Virus record (IMG/VR): IMGVR_UViG_3300035183_000733
Location: 62,001 to 126,000 of that record
Length of the DNA stretch: 64,000 nucleotides
Reading direction: 5' to 3' (one strand)
How positions within the stretch are numbered: position 1 is the first letter of the stretch; every line of letters begins with the position of its first letter. This document shows positions 49,219 to 58,047 of the stretch, piece by piece. The notes below the pieces were generated by a model. The model was not told where the DNA came from. It ran no database searches and worked only from the letters and a program-made list of their open reading frames with translations. Both the position numbers and the translations under genes were made by a program.

Positions 49219-51207
49219 TTACTTTTTAAAACGTTGTCCGAGTTGTGACGCGATTTTGTCCATGTACTCTGTGCCGTAGCCGAGTGTCTTGGTTTTATCG
49301 GTGTTCGCTGGAACTGCCGTTTCATTTTCGTTGAGTTTTACAAGTCCAACAACCTTGCCCCTTACAAATGGCCTGCTTGTCCAGAAGTTCTTGATTTTGT
49401 ACTCGGTGTCGAGGTTCATCAATTTGCTCTGTGCAAGTATGCCTTGCTTTTCGGATTCGGTAAGCGCCTCGTAGAGCGGCTTAATCGACTCCGGAATCAT
49501 TTGCAGGAACTTCGGAGTGTCATCCTGCTTCTCAATCAAAGCTGCTTCCCAAATTTTGGTTACGTCAGCTTCTGAAAAGTACGCACCTGGTTTCAGGGCG
49601 TTTGCGACCTTTTCTTTCTTGGCCTCCTCGAGGGCTTCGAACTCGTTCCTCTTAGCTTCGCTTAGGAAGCGGAAGAAGTGGTACTGGCTCTCGTTCATTT
49701 TGGTGGCGGCTTTCTGTTTAGTAGCGGCCTCCAGCAGTTGGTTTATCTGTGCGGACAAACCAGTGTATTTGTTCGCCTCAGCTACGCTCTCGTTAACCTT
49801 GGCTATCGGTGCAGAACTATTGTTCGTAGCTGCTGGCATTGCGGTAACCGCTGGGGCCGCAGCAACGACGTTTTCAGCTATATATTCGGAATAAGCGATG
49901 TTATTCTCGATTTTTTCTGCCAAATACTCAGAATATCCGATTCCCCTGTCGAGGTTCTCTGCGAGGTACTCGGAATAAGAAATGTTCTTGTCGAGGTTCT
50001 CTGCGAGGTACTCGGAATAAGAAATGTTCTTGTCGAGGTTCTCTGCGAGGTACTCGGAATAAGAAATGTTCTTGTCGAGGTTCTCTGCGAGGTACTCGCT
50101 GTAGTTGATGTTCTTCTCGAGGTTCTCTGCGAGGTAGTCCATAAACGAAATACCGCGGTCGAGGTTCTCTGCGAGGTACTCGCTGTAAGAAATGTTACGG
50201 TCGAGGTTCTCTGCGAGGTACTCGCTGTAAGAAATGTTACGGTCGAGGTTCTCTGCGAGGTACTTAGAATACTCGATGTTCTTGTCGAGGTTCTCAGCCA
50301 CGTACTCAGTGTACTGAATGTTCTTATCAAGGTTGCCTGCGAGATACTTCATGTACCTCTCGTGCTTCTCGATTTTTTCAAGAAGGGTCTTGATAATTTC
50401 AGCATCAGTAGACTCGGTAACCTTCGACTTAACATTTTCAATCTCCTTCATGATTCCGGTACGGAATGCAGCGGACCAATCGTTGAGCTCTTCAGATGTT
50501 ACGAATTGATTCATGTCGTTGTTGGTTTTTTTGTCCTCATCCAGCATCGCCTTCTTAAACGCCGCATTGTTCGGATCTACACTATATATCTTCGTGTGTG
50601 CGGAAAATTCTGGCGCAAAGCTCTCCGAGATGTCCGTAAGCTCTGAAATAACGGACTTTTTAGTGCCCGCATCAAAGTTCGCGCTCTCGTAAATCCTATC
50701 AAGCTGTGCCTTTTCGAAACCAGGGTCTGCGACGAGGTCGTATGTGAATATCTTTTTGATCTTAACCTTCTTGTTCTCCATAACAGAACCGGCAGCACGC
50801 GAAGAAATAGACAGCGGGTATCCGGCGTCTACTAATGTCTTGGCAATCTGTCCGTGTGGAGTGTCGAGCAAGCGCACGCGAATCCTGAGGGTCCTGTCCT
50901 TCTCGTTGTACTCGAGCTTCTCAACTATGTGGGATATGTTCTTGAGGGAAACGTCAAACTTCTCTGGGTGGTCGAGCTCTCCGACCAGGCGCTTCTGCTG
51001 AATCTTCTTGTTTAGGTACTCGAGGTGCGGAAGATACTCCTTTGCCTCGTAAATCCTGTGGTTGTTATTCTCCTCGCCCATGATAGCGGCGATACCTTCG
51101 AGAATGTAGTCTTTCGGATTGCTACCCGTAGCCTCTACCACGAGGTTGCTCTCAGCACGCTCGAGGAGGAACACGTAGTTCTCTTGTAGTTGCAGGTTTG
51201 TATTCAT
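49219..51207 (-). CDS. Prohead protease (gp21-like) fused to a repeat scaffold (gp22-like)
   Basis: N.N.RIY, GELDHP, LDTP.G, ISSRAAG, YDLVADPGF, followed by 14-aa repeats. Confidence 0.92.
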   Translation of the reverse strand: MNTNLQLQENYVFLLERAESNLVVEATGSNPKDYILEGIAAIMGEENNNHRIYEAKEYLPHLEYLNKKIQQKRLVGELDHPEKFDVSLKNISHIVEKLEYNEKDRTLRIRVRLLDTPHGQIAKTLVDAGYPLSISSRAAGSVMENKKVKIKKIFTYDLVADPGFEKAQLDRIYESANFDAGTKKSVISELTDISESFAPEFSAHTKIYSVDPNNAAFKKAMLDEDKKTNNDMNQFVTSEELNDWSAAFRTGIMKEIENVKSKVTESTDAEIIKTLLEKIEKHERYMKYLAGNLDKNIQYTEYVAENLDKNIEYSKYLAENLDRNISYSEYLAENLDRNISYSEYLAENLDRGISFMDYLAENLEKNINYSEYLAENLDKNISYSEYLAENLDKNISYSEYLAENLDKNISYSEYLAENLDRGIGYSEYLAEKIENNIAYSEYIAENVVAAAPAVTAMPAATNNSSAPIAKVNESVAEANKYTGLSAQINQLLEAATKQKAATKMNESQYHFFRFLSEAKRNEFEALEEAKKEKVANALKPGAYFSEADVTKIWEAALIEKQDDTPKFLQMIPESIKPLYEALTESEKQGILAQSKLMNLDTEYKIKNFWTSRPFVRGKVVGLVKLNENETAVPANTDKTKTLGYGTEYMDKIASQLGQRFKK
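49870..50355. repeat. 42-bp tandem repeat encoding YSEYLAENLDKNIS (11 full + 1 partial)
   Basis: Directly visible in DNA and protein. Confidence 0.95.
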
Positions 51208-51233
51208 CCGTTGTAAGGTTGATTCCTTTGTCT

Positions 51234-51400
51234 TTATATATCTGGAAATTTTTGGAAAATCCTTTCAAAAAGGATAAAACTTCCCAGAGCCTTTAGTATT
51301 CTGGGACTCTAAACGCTTGAAAACCTTTGATTGGTCTATATAAATTGGACTTCGAACAGATGGTATCTACTCTGTATATATCAGGAAATTTGCGGAAAAT
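51234..51400 (-). promoter_or_regulatory. Tandem putative late promoters of the head operon
   Basis: Two copies of ATTTTCCnnAAATTTCCwGATATATA, 140 bp apart. Confidence 0.6.
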
Positions 51401-51414
51401 TGTGGTGGATCAAT

Positions 51415-51441
51415 AAAAAAGCCCGGACAAACCGGGCTTTG
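51415..51441 (-). terminator. Intrinsic terminator
   Basis: AAAGCCCGG-ACAAA-CCGGGCTTT with T6 on the - strand. Confidence 0.75.
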
Positions 51442-51598
51442 TTTAATTCATCAGGCTGAGATGATCAACTATTATGACGTCCGGAATGGACGAGTCCCTC
51501 ATGGGGCGATGCACATAACCGTCACTATTGTTATATTATCCTTTTGGCGAGCTCGGATAACCACTTTGCGGCGAGCTCTGCCTTTTCGTATTTGTTTG

Positions 51599-51862
51599 TC
51601 ATTGCTTGGGCTTGAAATGTTTACAGCTGAACTCTGGATCGAAAGATACCGGGCCGAACGGTGACTCACCGGGCCAGTCCCACCTGTAGAAGCCATTCGC
51701 TGTTCTGCCGTACGGAACGCACGCGCTGCGCACATCCTTGTTGTCGCACAGTCCAAGCATTATGTCTTCCAGTCTGTTACCCTGCACCCTGACCTTGTTG
51801 TAGTGCGCGCAGTTACCACAGCAGGGCTTAACTTGCTTCTTGCGTTTAAACGGCCAAATCAT
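51599..51862 (-). CDS. Small Cys-rich hypothetical protein
   Basis: CCGNCAHY...GLC...SCKHF. Confidence 0.65.
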   Translation of the reverse strand: MIWPFKRKKQVKPCCGNCAHYNKVRVQGNRLEDIMLGLCDNKDVRSACVPYGRTANGFYRWDWPGESPFGPVSFDPEFSCKHFKPKQ

Positions 51863-52671
51863 TTCAGGGTCTCCTTTCCGTACTTCCCGTACTCCGAGTT
51901 CACGCTCTCCTTGATTATGTTCATAGAGTCCTTTATCTGCTTGAAGTACGTGTCTATCGGCAGGTCGTTCGGATCGTCCGCGAATGGGTCCTCTATCTCG
52001 TTGCTTATTATCTCGATGCCGGCGACTATGTAGAATATGACCATGACCATCGCTGCGGCCCAGAGTCCGAGGTCGTGAAACAACCCGAATGGCAGGCTCA
52101 GCAGGTATATGAATATCGATGCCTTTATGTGCAGGGCGTACGCCTTCGGTATCGGCGTGCTCTTGATACGCTCGAACGAGTTGGATATGTCAACTATCTC
52201 ATTTAGTTTGTCCTCGAGAATGTTGAGGTCCCTGTCAGACAACTTGGCGTCGCGTATGAGTAACAACATATCGCAAACGAACTTGGTCTGCTTATTATGA
52301 TGTCCCATGACGTTATCGGCGTTCGTCTCTCGCAGGTAGTCGGACAGGTTGCGCAGTATCTGCTTTATGATGTTACGGGCCTGCGTCTTCACGAGGACGT
52401 CGGTGCAGCACGAGTTCAATTTTATTGAGAAGTAAGATATTGAGGTCGACAGCGCGCTGAAGAGCCTGCGTCCCTCCCACCAGCGGTCGTACGCGGTGTT
52501 CGTCCTGAAAACGAGCAGCAAGCCGATGACTATACCTATTAGCGAGTGCATGCTCGCCGGGATCTGAACATGGTAGTACTTACTGTTGACGTATAGCAGG
52601 TTGAGTAAAAACGTATAAACACCTATGACGCGTTGAACTTGCCGGCGAATTCTGTATTGTTGGTCGGGCAT
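51859..52671 (-). CDS. Bestrophin-family (YneE/VccN-like) ion channel
   Basis: LLVFRTNTAYDRWWEGR, ERIKSTPIP.AY, EIEDPF..D.NDLP; 4 hydrophobic segments; N-terminus possibly disrupted. Confidence 0.9.
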   Translation of the reverse strand: MPDQQYRIRRQVQRVIGVYTFLLNLLYVNSKYYHVQIPASMHSLIGIVIGLLLVFRTNTAYDRWWEGRRLFSALSTSISYFSIKLNSCCTDVLVKTQARNIIKQILRNLSDYLRETNADNVMGHHNKQTKFVCDMLLLIRDAKLSDRDLNILEDKLNEIVDISNSFERIKSTPIPKAYALHIKASIFIYLLSLPFGLFHDLGLWAAAMVMVIFYIVAGIEIISNEIEDPFADDPNDLPIDTYFKQIKDSMNIIKESVNSEYGKYGKETLK

Positions 52672-52914
52672 GCCGTGTTCCTCGTACTCGAATCAGAAGC
52701 CACTCGCCAATCTCCTTTCCCTCTCCATGCTTGTCGATGCTGTCCATTGACTTATTGGCCGATGCAAGAAGTCCAGACTATCGGGTGATTTTGCTGATGC
52801 CCACATACATGATGTCTGCGTCAGATTCGTTCTGTCCGTGATAGTTCTCTTCGTTGTATTCTCCGTAGTCGAGCAGTTTTAGGTAGTCTCGACCGAAGCC
52901 GTAAAATATCTTGT

Positions 52915-53406
52915 TCATATCATTGTCATTTCTTGTGTCTTCTCCTTGTAGTGTAAGAACGCCTCGTATAGTTGTTTGTCCTCGATGACCAGATCCTCGC
53001 ACTTGTCCAATCCGGAATTCATGAGCGCCTTATATTCCGACGGCATCGGCAGGTCGTTCTCGCTCGCCCAGTTGCGGGTAGCCACGTAAACGAGCGCGAG
53101 CTTCATACCCTCTTTGGTATGCACCGGTACGAAGCACTTCTCGTAGTGGTTAGGGTAGCCCTCCTTCTTGTCCAGTTCCTCCAGCTGGGCGGTCGACGGC
53201 AACGTGTACAGCACGCCGAACACACTCGACTCGAAGCACGGCTCGATGTTGACGAACGCGAGCGTCCTGTACTTCTGCGACATCTTGTTGCTCCGTAATC
53301 TGTAGTGGTGCAAGTGCCCGTACTCGAACGACTCGAACGCCACGCCTCTCGCAGTCATGCGGTCGGGGTTCATGTTGCTTCCGTATGCGAAATAATATAG
53401 TGACAT
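52915..53406 (-). CDS. Gamma-glutamylcyclotransferase (AIG2-like)
   Basis: YFAYGSNM, VFGVLY, LDKKEGYP, PSEY. Confidence 0.88.
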   Translation of the reverse strand: MSLYYFAYGSNMNPDRMTARGVAFESFEYGHLHHYRLRSNKMSQKYRTLAFVNIEPCFESSVFGVLYTLPSTAQLEELDKKEGYPNHYEKCFVPVHTKEGMKLALVYVATRNWASENDLPMPSEYKALMNSGLDKCEDLVIEDKQLYEAFLHYKEKTQEMTMI

Positions 53407-53407
53407 G

Positions 53408-53896
53408 TTAATCTTTTTTTGGTCCTTTCATGTTGCGCGTCTCGTAGTATATGTTGTCGAGGCTGCGGTCTATCTTCGATCTGACCTCGGCCTCGAGCGC
53501 TGCCCTGCGGCGCTCTATCACCTTGTGCAGGAAAGACGTTATCTTGCCGTTGAGATCGTCTGTGACCGATATGTCATAGTGGTACCTCCCGTTAATTATA
53601 CTAACCGTGCCACGCTCCACTATCACGAATATGTCGCCATAGCGGATGTAAAACTTCTGCGAGATTGGCGCTATCATCAGTTCGGAATCCGACTTGGCCG
53701 CGAGGTTGCGGATGATGCCGAAGCACTTCGCCTGGTCCGAGTTCATCCGGCGGTTCCACATGCCGGACATCCTCACATACTTACGCATGCGCCAGTAGTA
53801 GAACTTGCGTATAATGGCATGCCCCCATCGCGCCAAGAGCGAACCTTCTCCAACTTCCTTATCGGACTCTTCCCCGGTAGTTCCTTCGTTGATCAT
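53408..53896 (-). CDS. Hypothetical protein
   Basis: 162-aa ORF. Confidence 0.65.
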   Translation of the reverse strand: MINEGTTGEESDKEVGEGSLLARWGHAIIRKFYYWRMRKYVRMSGMWNRRMNSDQAKCFGIIRNLAAKSDSELMIAPISQKFYIRYGDIFVIVERGTVSIINGRYHYDISVTDDLNGKITSFLHKVIERRRAALEAEVRSKIDRSLDNIYYETRNMKGPKKD

Positions 53897-54123
53897 TTAA
53901 TCTCTGTTGCGCCGGACCTACTTGTCCAGCTTGTCAAAATAATAATAATTTGCAAGATGATGACGGCACAGCAAAACATGCCGACACCAAATGCAATCCA
54001 TTCCAATGAAGCCATTTTATTTTTCTTCTTGGACGACCTGCCGCTCTTAGGCGTCTCCTCCTTTTTCTCCTCTGTGGTCTTACCCGCGTTGGGGTCTTTC
54101 CATAATTTGTCAAGAAATCCCAT
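53893..54123 (-). CDS. Small membrane protein
   Basis: One TM segment; follows lemA. Confidence 0.55.
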   Translation of the reverse strand: MGFLDKLWKDPNAGKTTEEKKEETPKSGRSSKKKNKMASLEWIAFGVGMFCCAVIILQIIIILTSWTSRSGATEIK

Positions 54124-54127
54124 ATTT

Positions 54128-54729
54128 TTATTTGTCAAAGTTTACGGTTGGTGTTTTTTCTGCTCCCTTGTCTGCCTGGAAGTACGCCTTGGTCTGAAAT
54201 CCGAACATGCCGGCCCACACATTTTTTGGGAACCTTCTGATGTACTTGTTGTAGTCCTGCACAGCGATGTTGAACTCGCGGCGCTCTACGGTTATGCGGT
54301 TCTCCGTGCCCTCGAGCTGCGACATCAGCTGGTTGAACGCCTCATTGGATTTGAGGTTCGGATACTGCTCCATCGTCACCAACAAGCGAGATAGAGTTGT
54401 GCCAAGTTGACCTTGTGCCGCCTCGAATGCCTTCATGGATTCCGGTGTCAGGTTTGTAGGATCAATCTTAACTTGCGTGGCGCTTGCACGCGCTTGAATC
54501 ACCGCTTCGAGCGTTGATTTTTCAAAGTTGGCTTCTGTCTTGACAGTGTTAACCAAGTTCGGAATGAGGTCCGACCTCCGCTGGTATACGTTCTCAACCT
54601 GTGACCACTTAGCCGTTACGGTTTCTTCCATTGATACCATGTTGTTGTAGCTTACATAGCTACTGCAACCTGTGAAGAACAGGACGAACCCGATTACCCC
54701 CAGAAAATGTACTTACGATAGTTTTCCAT
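54128..54729 (-). CDS. lemA: LemA family protein, frameshifted in a G5 tract
   Basis: YQRRSDLIPNLV, E.YP.LK, LEGTENRI.VERR; one more G at 54697-54701 joins the TM N-terminus MENYRKYIFWGVIGFVLFF. Confidence 0.9.
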
Positions 54730-54788
54730 GTTTATCTATTATTTGTTTTGATGAAGTGAAGGTAATAAAAATAGTAAATTGGAAAAAC

Positions 54789-55196
54789 TTACAACCTGCA
54801 CCTGGCCCATTCCATGTATTTGCTGAGGAATTTATCGGCCGGGTTCTTCAGGTCGAGTCGCTTTCGGATGAATATGTCGTATGAGTCCTGTGCGTATTGA
54901 CCGAGTCCGTACAAGTCCTTCGGTTCGCGCCATTCCTTCTCTATGTAGTCCGCGCTCATCTTTATTATCCCTGTGCTGCGTTTGTTTGAGAATCCCAGCG
55001 GCTTTATCAGCTCTGCCATTTCCAATGGATCGGCAGACATGGCCTTCCTGGCGTTCGGCCACCTACGGAAGAATTCGTGCCGAACCCGGTCCACTTGCTG
55101 CCTGGTAGTTTGGTTAAGCATCATACAGCAAACGAAAATCTTCCAGTCGTCCGATCGGTAAATCTCCTGTAATAGATTGTAGGGGGATGTTTTCAC
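54789..55196 (-). CDS. MBD4-like HhH-GPD DNA glycosylase
   Basis: SPYNLLQE, WK.....MLNQT, KPLG, LYGLGQYAQDSY.IF, P.D..L..Y..W; GTG start after TATATTTG. Confidence 0.85.
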   Translation of the reverse strand: MKTSPYNLLQEIYRSDDWKIFVCCMMLNQTTRQQVDRVRHEFFRRWPNARKAMSADPLEMAELIKPLGFSNKRSTGIIKMSADYIEKEWREPKDLYGLGQYAQDSYDIFIRKRLDLKNPADKFLSKYMEWARCRL

Positions 55197-55261
55197 CCGA
55201 CAAATATAATTTTTTCTGCACAAAAATAATAAGCAATATTCTTTTTCCGGTCGAATATATA

Positions 55262-55480
55262 ATGGAAAGGAGAGAAATGGATTCAAACCAAGGCATAGGA
55301 GAAGGTTGCCATGGAGGGAGCGAGAACCTGGCTAAGCTCAGGGAGCTCATTGAGATACTCGACCCTCAGGTGGATGGTACCGAATACCAAAAAGCGGCGG
55401 CCAAAATCAGCGAGATAGTGGAGTCCGGTAAAGGGGGACATCATGACATCATGAAAGCTAAGAACGCTGCGCCGCTATGA
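55262..55480 (+). CDS. Hypothetical protein
   Basis: ATG immediately after AATATATA. Confidence 0.5.
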   Translation: MERREMDSNQGIGEGCHGGSENLAKLRELIEILDPQVDGTEYQKAAAKISEIVESGKGGHHDIMKAKNAAPL

Positions 55481-55539
55481 GTCGTTGTTTGCATCCATCT
55501 CAGCCATACTAACCGGAATAAAAAAAAATTACTCTAAAA

Positions 55540-55875
55540 ATGGAAGAAGAAAGGGGCTGGTCCGAATATGGTAGGTTGGTGTTGAAAGAGCTCGAGAGAC
55601 TTAACAACAACTACGAGTCTCTGCGCAAGGACTTCGACGATAAATTCAAAGAGATTAACGATAGGCTGGCATCCGTCCAGAATACCGAAAAGGTAATGCT
55701 CGAACTGAAGGCGTGGCAGGAGAAGGTCAACGACGTGTGGTCACCGTCCCAGATGAAGGAGTCCAAAGACGAGGTCTACAAGCAGAAGAACCGATGGACA
55801 GCAACCATCGCCATCATCGCGTTCATACAGGTCCTCATAGGCATAATACTCGCTCTAAAGGACAAGATATTCTAA
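55540..55875 (+). CDS. Coiled-coil protein with C-terminal TM (XhlA/holin-like architecture)
   Basis: Heptad N-region, single C-terminal hydrophobic helix. Confidence 0.6.
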   Translation: MEEERGWSEYGRLVLKELERLNNNYESLRKDFDDKFKEINDRLASVQNTEKVMLELKAWQEKVNDVWSPSQMKESKDEVYKQKNRWTATIAIIAFIQVLIGIILALKDKIF

Positions 55876-55878
55876 CAA

Positions 55879-55906
55879 TAAAAACCCCCGATTGAATCGG
55901 GGGTTT
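55879..55906. terminator. Bidirectional terminator
   Basis: AAACCCCGATT-G-AATCGGGGTTT. Confidence 0.75.
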
Positions 55907-55908
55907 CT

Positions 55909-56148
55909 TTAGGCTTGAGCCACAACTTTCTTGCCGGACTTCTCCTTGATGATGTCCTCATACTTGGCCTCGGCTATGCTCTTGATGTCGTAACCGCGGC
56001 TGTCTTCCTTCAGGTACTCCATCATGTTCATCAGCGCCTCGTACAGGCTTTCACCGTTGACAAGGAACCTGGCTTTCTTCACCTTCGGGTTTCCTGTCTC
56101 TTTGTCAATCTTGTCGGTCTCGAAACCGACTACGCATACGTAATTCAT
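55909..56148 (-). CDS. DUF4494-like protein
   Basis: G..KVKK..FLV...S..EA...IKSI.E..YEDII pattern. Confidence 0.6.
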   Translation of the reverse strand: MNYVCVVGFETDKIDKETGNPKVKKARFLVNGESLYEALMNMMEYLKEDSRGYDIKSIAEAKYEDIIKEKSGKKVVAQA

Positions 56149-56168
56149 GGTTGCTTGTTTTTTATTGT

Positions 56169-57596
56169 TTACTTAATATACTCTTCGAGCTTGGCTATCT
56201 CCTTGTTGATGTCGAGCATCTTCTTCTTGGTGGCCTTGCGCTTTGAATAAAGATCCTGCAGTATTGTACGCAAGACGGAGTCCTGTGTTGCGTCGAATAT
56301 GTTATTATTCGCCGTAATGATTTCCCCTTCCTTAGGTTTACCGTCGAGGCTCTTGCCCTTGTACGCCTCCGGAGAGATGTTGAACTGCATCATCGTATTC
56401 GGGTACAGGGACGCAAAGTCATAGCACGCAACCCAGTTGTGGAAACCGATAACCGGCTCCTTAACGTAAGCGCCCTCAAAGTGCTTCTGTTCCTGGTTGC
56501 GTTCCTCTTCCACGAATATCTTGCCCCTCTTGTAGAACTCGCGGCCCATGAGAGCCTCCTGCACAGACACCGGGGAGAACACCCTGTTTACCTCTACGCG
56601 GTCAACCTCTGCGAGCTTGAATAACGTCGTGAGAGTGTTTAGCTTCTTGTCTATGTAGTACACGAGCACGGAGTCAACCGCGTTGTAGAATATGAACTTG
56701 TTGTAGTCCTGCTCATACAAGTCCTTGAACGAACCGTTGTACTTTATCTTACCTATACCCGTCGCCTGCTCGCCGATGTGGTCGAGCTTGTAATTCTCTT
56801 TAATCTTGATGACGCGGTCCCACTTCTTGACAATCTCCAGGTAGTCGACTATGAGCCGGTGTTGCGGCAGCTTGTCCTTTCCAATCAAGGTATTGCTCAC
56901 CGAAGATATTGCTGGATCTATTTTCAATCGCTCGCACCTGTTGACGAGGTACGGCCAGTCAAACCCGCGTATGTTCCAACCAGTGATGCAGGGCATCTTG
57001 TGTATGAACTTAGCGAAGAACGTGTACAACATGTCGTACTCGCTGTCGAACTTGAAGTACCTGAACACCCACTTGTCGTTGAACTTCTTGAAGTGCTCGT
57101 TGACATCGCGCCCTATGGCATCTTGTTCTGCAGCAGTCAGTTCCTTCAGAGCGAGAACGGTTACGGCTTTGTCGGTGCAATTCACTATGGATATTGCAGT
57201 GACCTTATTAAGGGCGAACTCGGGATCGGGAAATCCGTCGGTCACCTCGGTCTCAATATCTATAATGTATTTCTTCGGCACGTTGAACTCAAACACCTCC
57301 TCGAGCTCCTTGGCTCTGTCGTAGAATATCTCCTCTATCCTGTACCTATTCAACCTCAGAGATCGCTCCTTGCGGACGGCACGCAGATTCCATGACATGA
57401 TGCCCGGCTCCGGCTTATCCGTACCGCGAGCATATCCCCAGGTAAACGCGTCCTTCTGCTGCAATGGCAGCTCTTTGTACGCTATCTCTCCGTTCTTGTC
57501 GAAATACGATATGCGCAAGTCCTTTATGCGCTCGCGCATGCCCCGAGTGTTCTCAGTCTCTATCTGTTCGGTTCTTACTTGTACGTCTACTATCAT
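56169..57596 (-). CDS. Family B DNA polymerase, N-terminal subunit (3'-5' exonuclease + motif A)
   Basis: DIETE, TGWNIRGFDWPYL, YN..D, FEGAYVKEP, YDFASLYP; ends in the fingers helix KRKATKK. Confidence 0.93.
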   Translation of the reverse strand: MIVDVQVRTEQIETENTRGMRERIKDLRISYFDKNGEIAYKELPLQQKDAFTWGYARGTDKPEPGIMSWNLRAVRKERSLRLNRYRIEEIFYDRAKELEEVFEFNVPKKYIIDIETEVTDGFPDPEFALNKVTAISIVNCTDKAVTVLALKELTAAEQDAIGRDVNEHFKKFNDKWVFRYFKFDSEYDMLYTFFAKFIHKMPCITGWNIRGFDWPYLVNRCERLKIDPAISSVSNTLIGKDKLPQHRLIVDYLEIVKKWDRVIKIKENYKLDHIGEQATGIGKIKYNGSFKDLYEQDYNKFIFYNAVDSVLVYYIDKKLNTLTTLFKLAEVDRVEVNRVFSPVSVQEALMGREFYKRGKIFVEEERNQEQKHFEGAYVKEPVIGFHNWVACYDFASLYPNTMMQFNISPEAYKGKSLDGKPKEGEIITANNNIFDATQDSVLRTILQDLYSKRKATKKKMLDINKEIAKLEEYIK

Positions 57597-58045
57597 TGGA
57601 GTGTGGATAAAAATTTGTCAAACTCGTCGAGCTCTGCTTGCGTTACCGCATAGAACTCTGCTTGCGTTACCGCATGCTTGTCCGCAAAGTACGCGACGAC
57701 CGGATCTTTGTGCTCCGGCTTTATATTACGTGTGACCAAAGTCTTTGTTCCGTCCTCCTTGGCAAGAATGATGGAAACAATATACTCGCCGATCCTCTTT
57801 GTGTTTAGCATATTGGTGAGCTTCTCGAGATCCTGTACCGCGTTGTCGAATGCGGTCTTGGCTTCGCGTATAATCCTGTACGCATCGTCGGATACGTCCG
57901 TCATATTCAGCGTTAACGCGTTGTTCGATATTTCCCGAGCGTAGCCCTCGAGCATATCGATCGATCTCGAATTGGCCTGGCGTTCGGCGAGCTCCTTGAG
58001 CTTCGCACGCAACTCCTCCACTATTTTATTATGTGTGTTGTCCAT
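57593..58045 (-). CDS. Hypothetical protein
   Basis: 150-aa ORF; short AVTQAE duplication. Confidence 0.7.
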   Translation of the reverse strand: MDNTHNKIVEELRAKLKELAERQANSRSIDMLEGYAREISNNALTLNMTDVSDDAYRIIREAKTAFDNAVQDLEKLTNMLNTKRIGEYIVSIILAKEDGTKTLVTRNIKPEHKDPVVAYFADKHAVTQAEFYAVTQAELDEFDKFLSTLQ

Positions 58046-58047
58046 GG

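Noticed and set aside
49870-50355. CRISPR array in the 42-bp repeats
   Set aside because: Head-to-tail, in-frame coding repeats with no unique spacers
55540-55875. Firm holin call
   Set aside because: Architecture only; no endolysin or spanin next to it
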